Assembly (NCBI GenBank): GCA_905233585.1 | Contig: CAJOFD010000008.1 | Coordinates: forward strand, 3,077-67,076 | Source: an uncultured Bacteroidales bacterium | GTDB lineage: Bacteria > Bacteroidota > Bacteroidia > Bacteroidales > WCHB1-69 | Reading direction: 5' to 3' | Length of the DNA: 64,000 nt | Shown here: positions 63,449 through 64,000 of the stretch, piece after piece | Layout of the letters: each line of letters begins with the position of its first letter | Numbering within the stretch: the stretch's first letter is position 1 | Program-made: the position numbers and the translations under genes | The notes under the pieces: generated by a model | Seen by the model: the letters and a program-made list of their open reading frames with translations, nothing else | Database searches by the model: none | What the model was told of the DNA's origin: nothing

Positions 63449-63456
63449 TATCTTTG
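63449..63456 (+). promoter_or_regulatory. Bacteroidota -7 promoter box (TATCTTTG)
   Basis: Matches TAnnTTTG, 24 nt upstream of ATG 63481. Confidence 0.5.
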
Positions 63457-63480
63457 CAAATATATATAATAAGTAATGTT

Positions 63481-64000
63481 ATGAAACGTATATTCTTGTT
63501 TTTAGTCATTTGTAGTTTATCTATATGTGGCGTTTTTGGGGCTTATTTAAAGAATGTTCCTCAAAAATTGGTGCAACCCGATGGCATAGTTGTTAATTGT
63601 TTTGTTACAGGAGATGAATTTTATCGTGTTTTTCAAGATTCAGCGGGTTACACGATTGTAAAACACCCGCAAACAGGTTATTTCGTGTATGCTTTGCCTA
63701 TGAATGACAGTCTTACACATTCAGATTATATTGTTGGCAAAGCAAATCCACAAACGTTGGGCTTAACCAAAGGTGTGCGTTTGTCAAGTGCGAAAATAAT
63801 GGCTATACGTAAGGCATTTGAAGCGGAATATGAAGCAACCCATAAGACTCATAAGGCTGTAGCAGCAAAAGGAAAGATAAACAATATTGTTATTTTTATT
63901 TCTTTTGCTGACGATTCTGTCTTTTCCCAAACAACTTATCCTACAGAAATGCAAAAATTTAATGATTCAAGTTCTGCTTCTGCTGTTTCTGTTTATAACT
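63481..64000 (+). CDS. secreted protein, probable M6-family (immune inhibitor A-like) metalloprotease, 5' partial (runs off window)
   Basis: Translated by hand: MKRIFLFLVICSLSICGVFGAYLKNVPQKLVQPDGIVVNCFVTGDEFYRVFQDSAGYTIVKHPQTGYFVYA...GKINNIVIFISFADD. It is open to the window end. The N-terminal pattern resembles M6 metalloprotease domains as I recall them. Confidence 0.5.
   Translation, partial: MKRIFLFLVICSLSICGVFGAYLKNVPQKLVQPDGIVVNCFVTGDEFYRVFQDSAGYTIVKHPQTGYFVYALPMNDSLTHSDYIVGKANPQTLGLTKGVRLSSAKIMAIRKAFEAEYEATHKTHKAVAAKGKINNIVIFISFADDSVFSQTTYPTEMQKFNDSSSASAVSVYN

Noticed and set aside
1-64000. Scan for rRNA, tRNA, IS elements, integrases, prophage or cas genes
   Set aside because: No intergenic region is long enough or has tRNA-like arms (no GTTCRANNC-type T-loop seen). 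No ORF shows transposase, integrase, phage or Cas motifs.

Overview
The window looks like a low-GC Bacteroidota chromosome segment. Three things support this: T9SS genes porU and porV, T9SS C-terminal sorting domains, and TAnnTTTG -7 promoter boxes upstream of many genes. All calls come from reading the ORF translations and DNA by eye; no searches were run.

About 80% of the window is tightly packed housekeeping: aat, waaA, rpsT, priA, dnaG, argS, yggS, lplA, mutL, a phospho-sugar mutase, alaS, metG, rnhB, ftsK, lolA, a BamA/TamA-like gene, coaE and ispF. I found no rRNA, tRNA, CRISPR-cas, transposase or integrase.

The accessory or unusual content is:
1. A stand-alone HIRAN gene lies divergent to a WYL-domain regulator at the left edge, with a palindrome between their promoters.
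2. A compact type II R-M pair (PD-ExK nuclease, then an SPPY beta-class methyltransferase) sits 12 nt behind alaS. It is followed by a very acidic 65-aa zinc-ribbon-like ORF.
3. A radical-SAM gene is translationally coupled to a cytoplasmic retropepsin-like protease.
4. A 736-bp ORF-free convergent gap holds a ten-unit tandem array (44597-44987). The units are two alternating palindromic hairpin types with an 83-bp super-period. It is not a CRISPR.
5. A 4027-aa T9SS-sorted protein is built from five diverged super-repeats of about 555 aa, each a CARDB-like Ig domain plus a parallel beta-helix. MAM-like domains bracket the repeats, and a 13-nt homopolymer lies in its leader.
6. That giant gene lies 1-6 kb from porV-porU and a probable M6 metalloprotease.

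The hairpin array and the HIRAN/WYL module are the best candidates for something undescribed, but neither function can be established from sequence alone.
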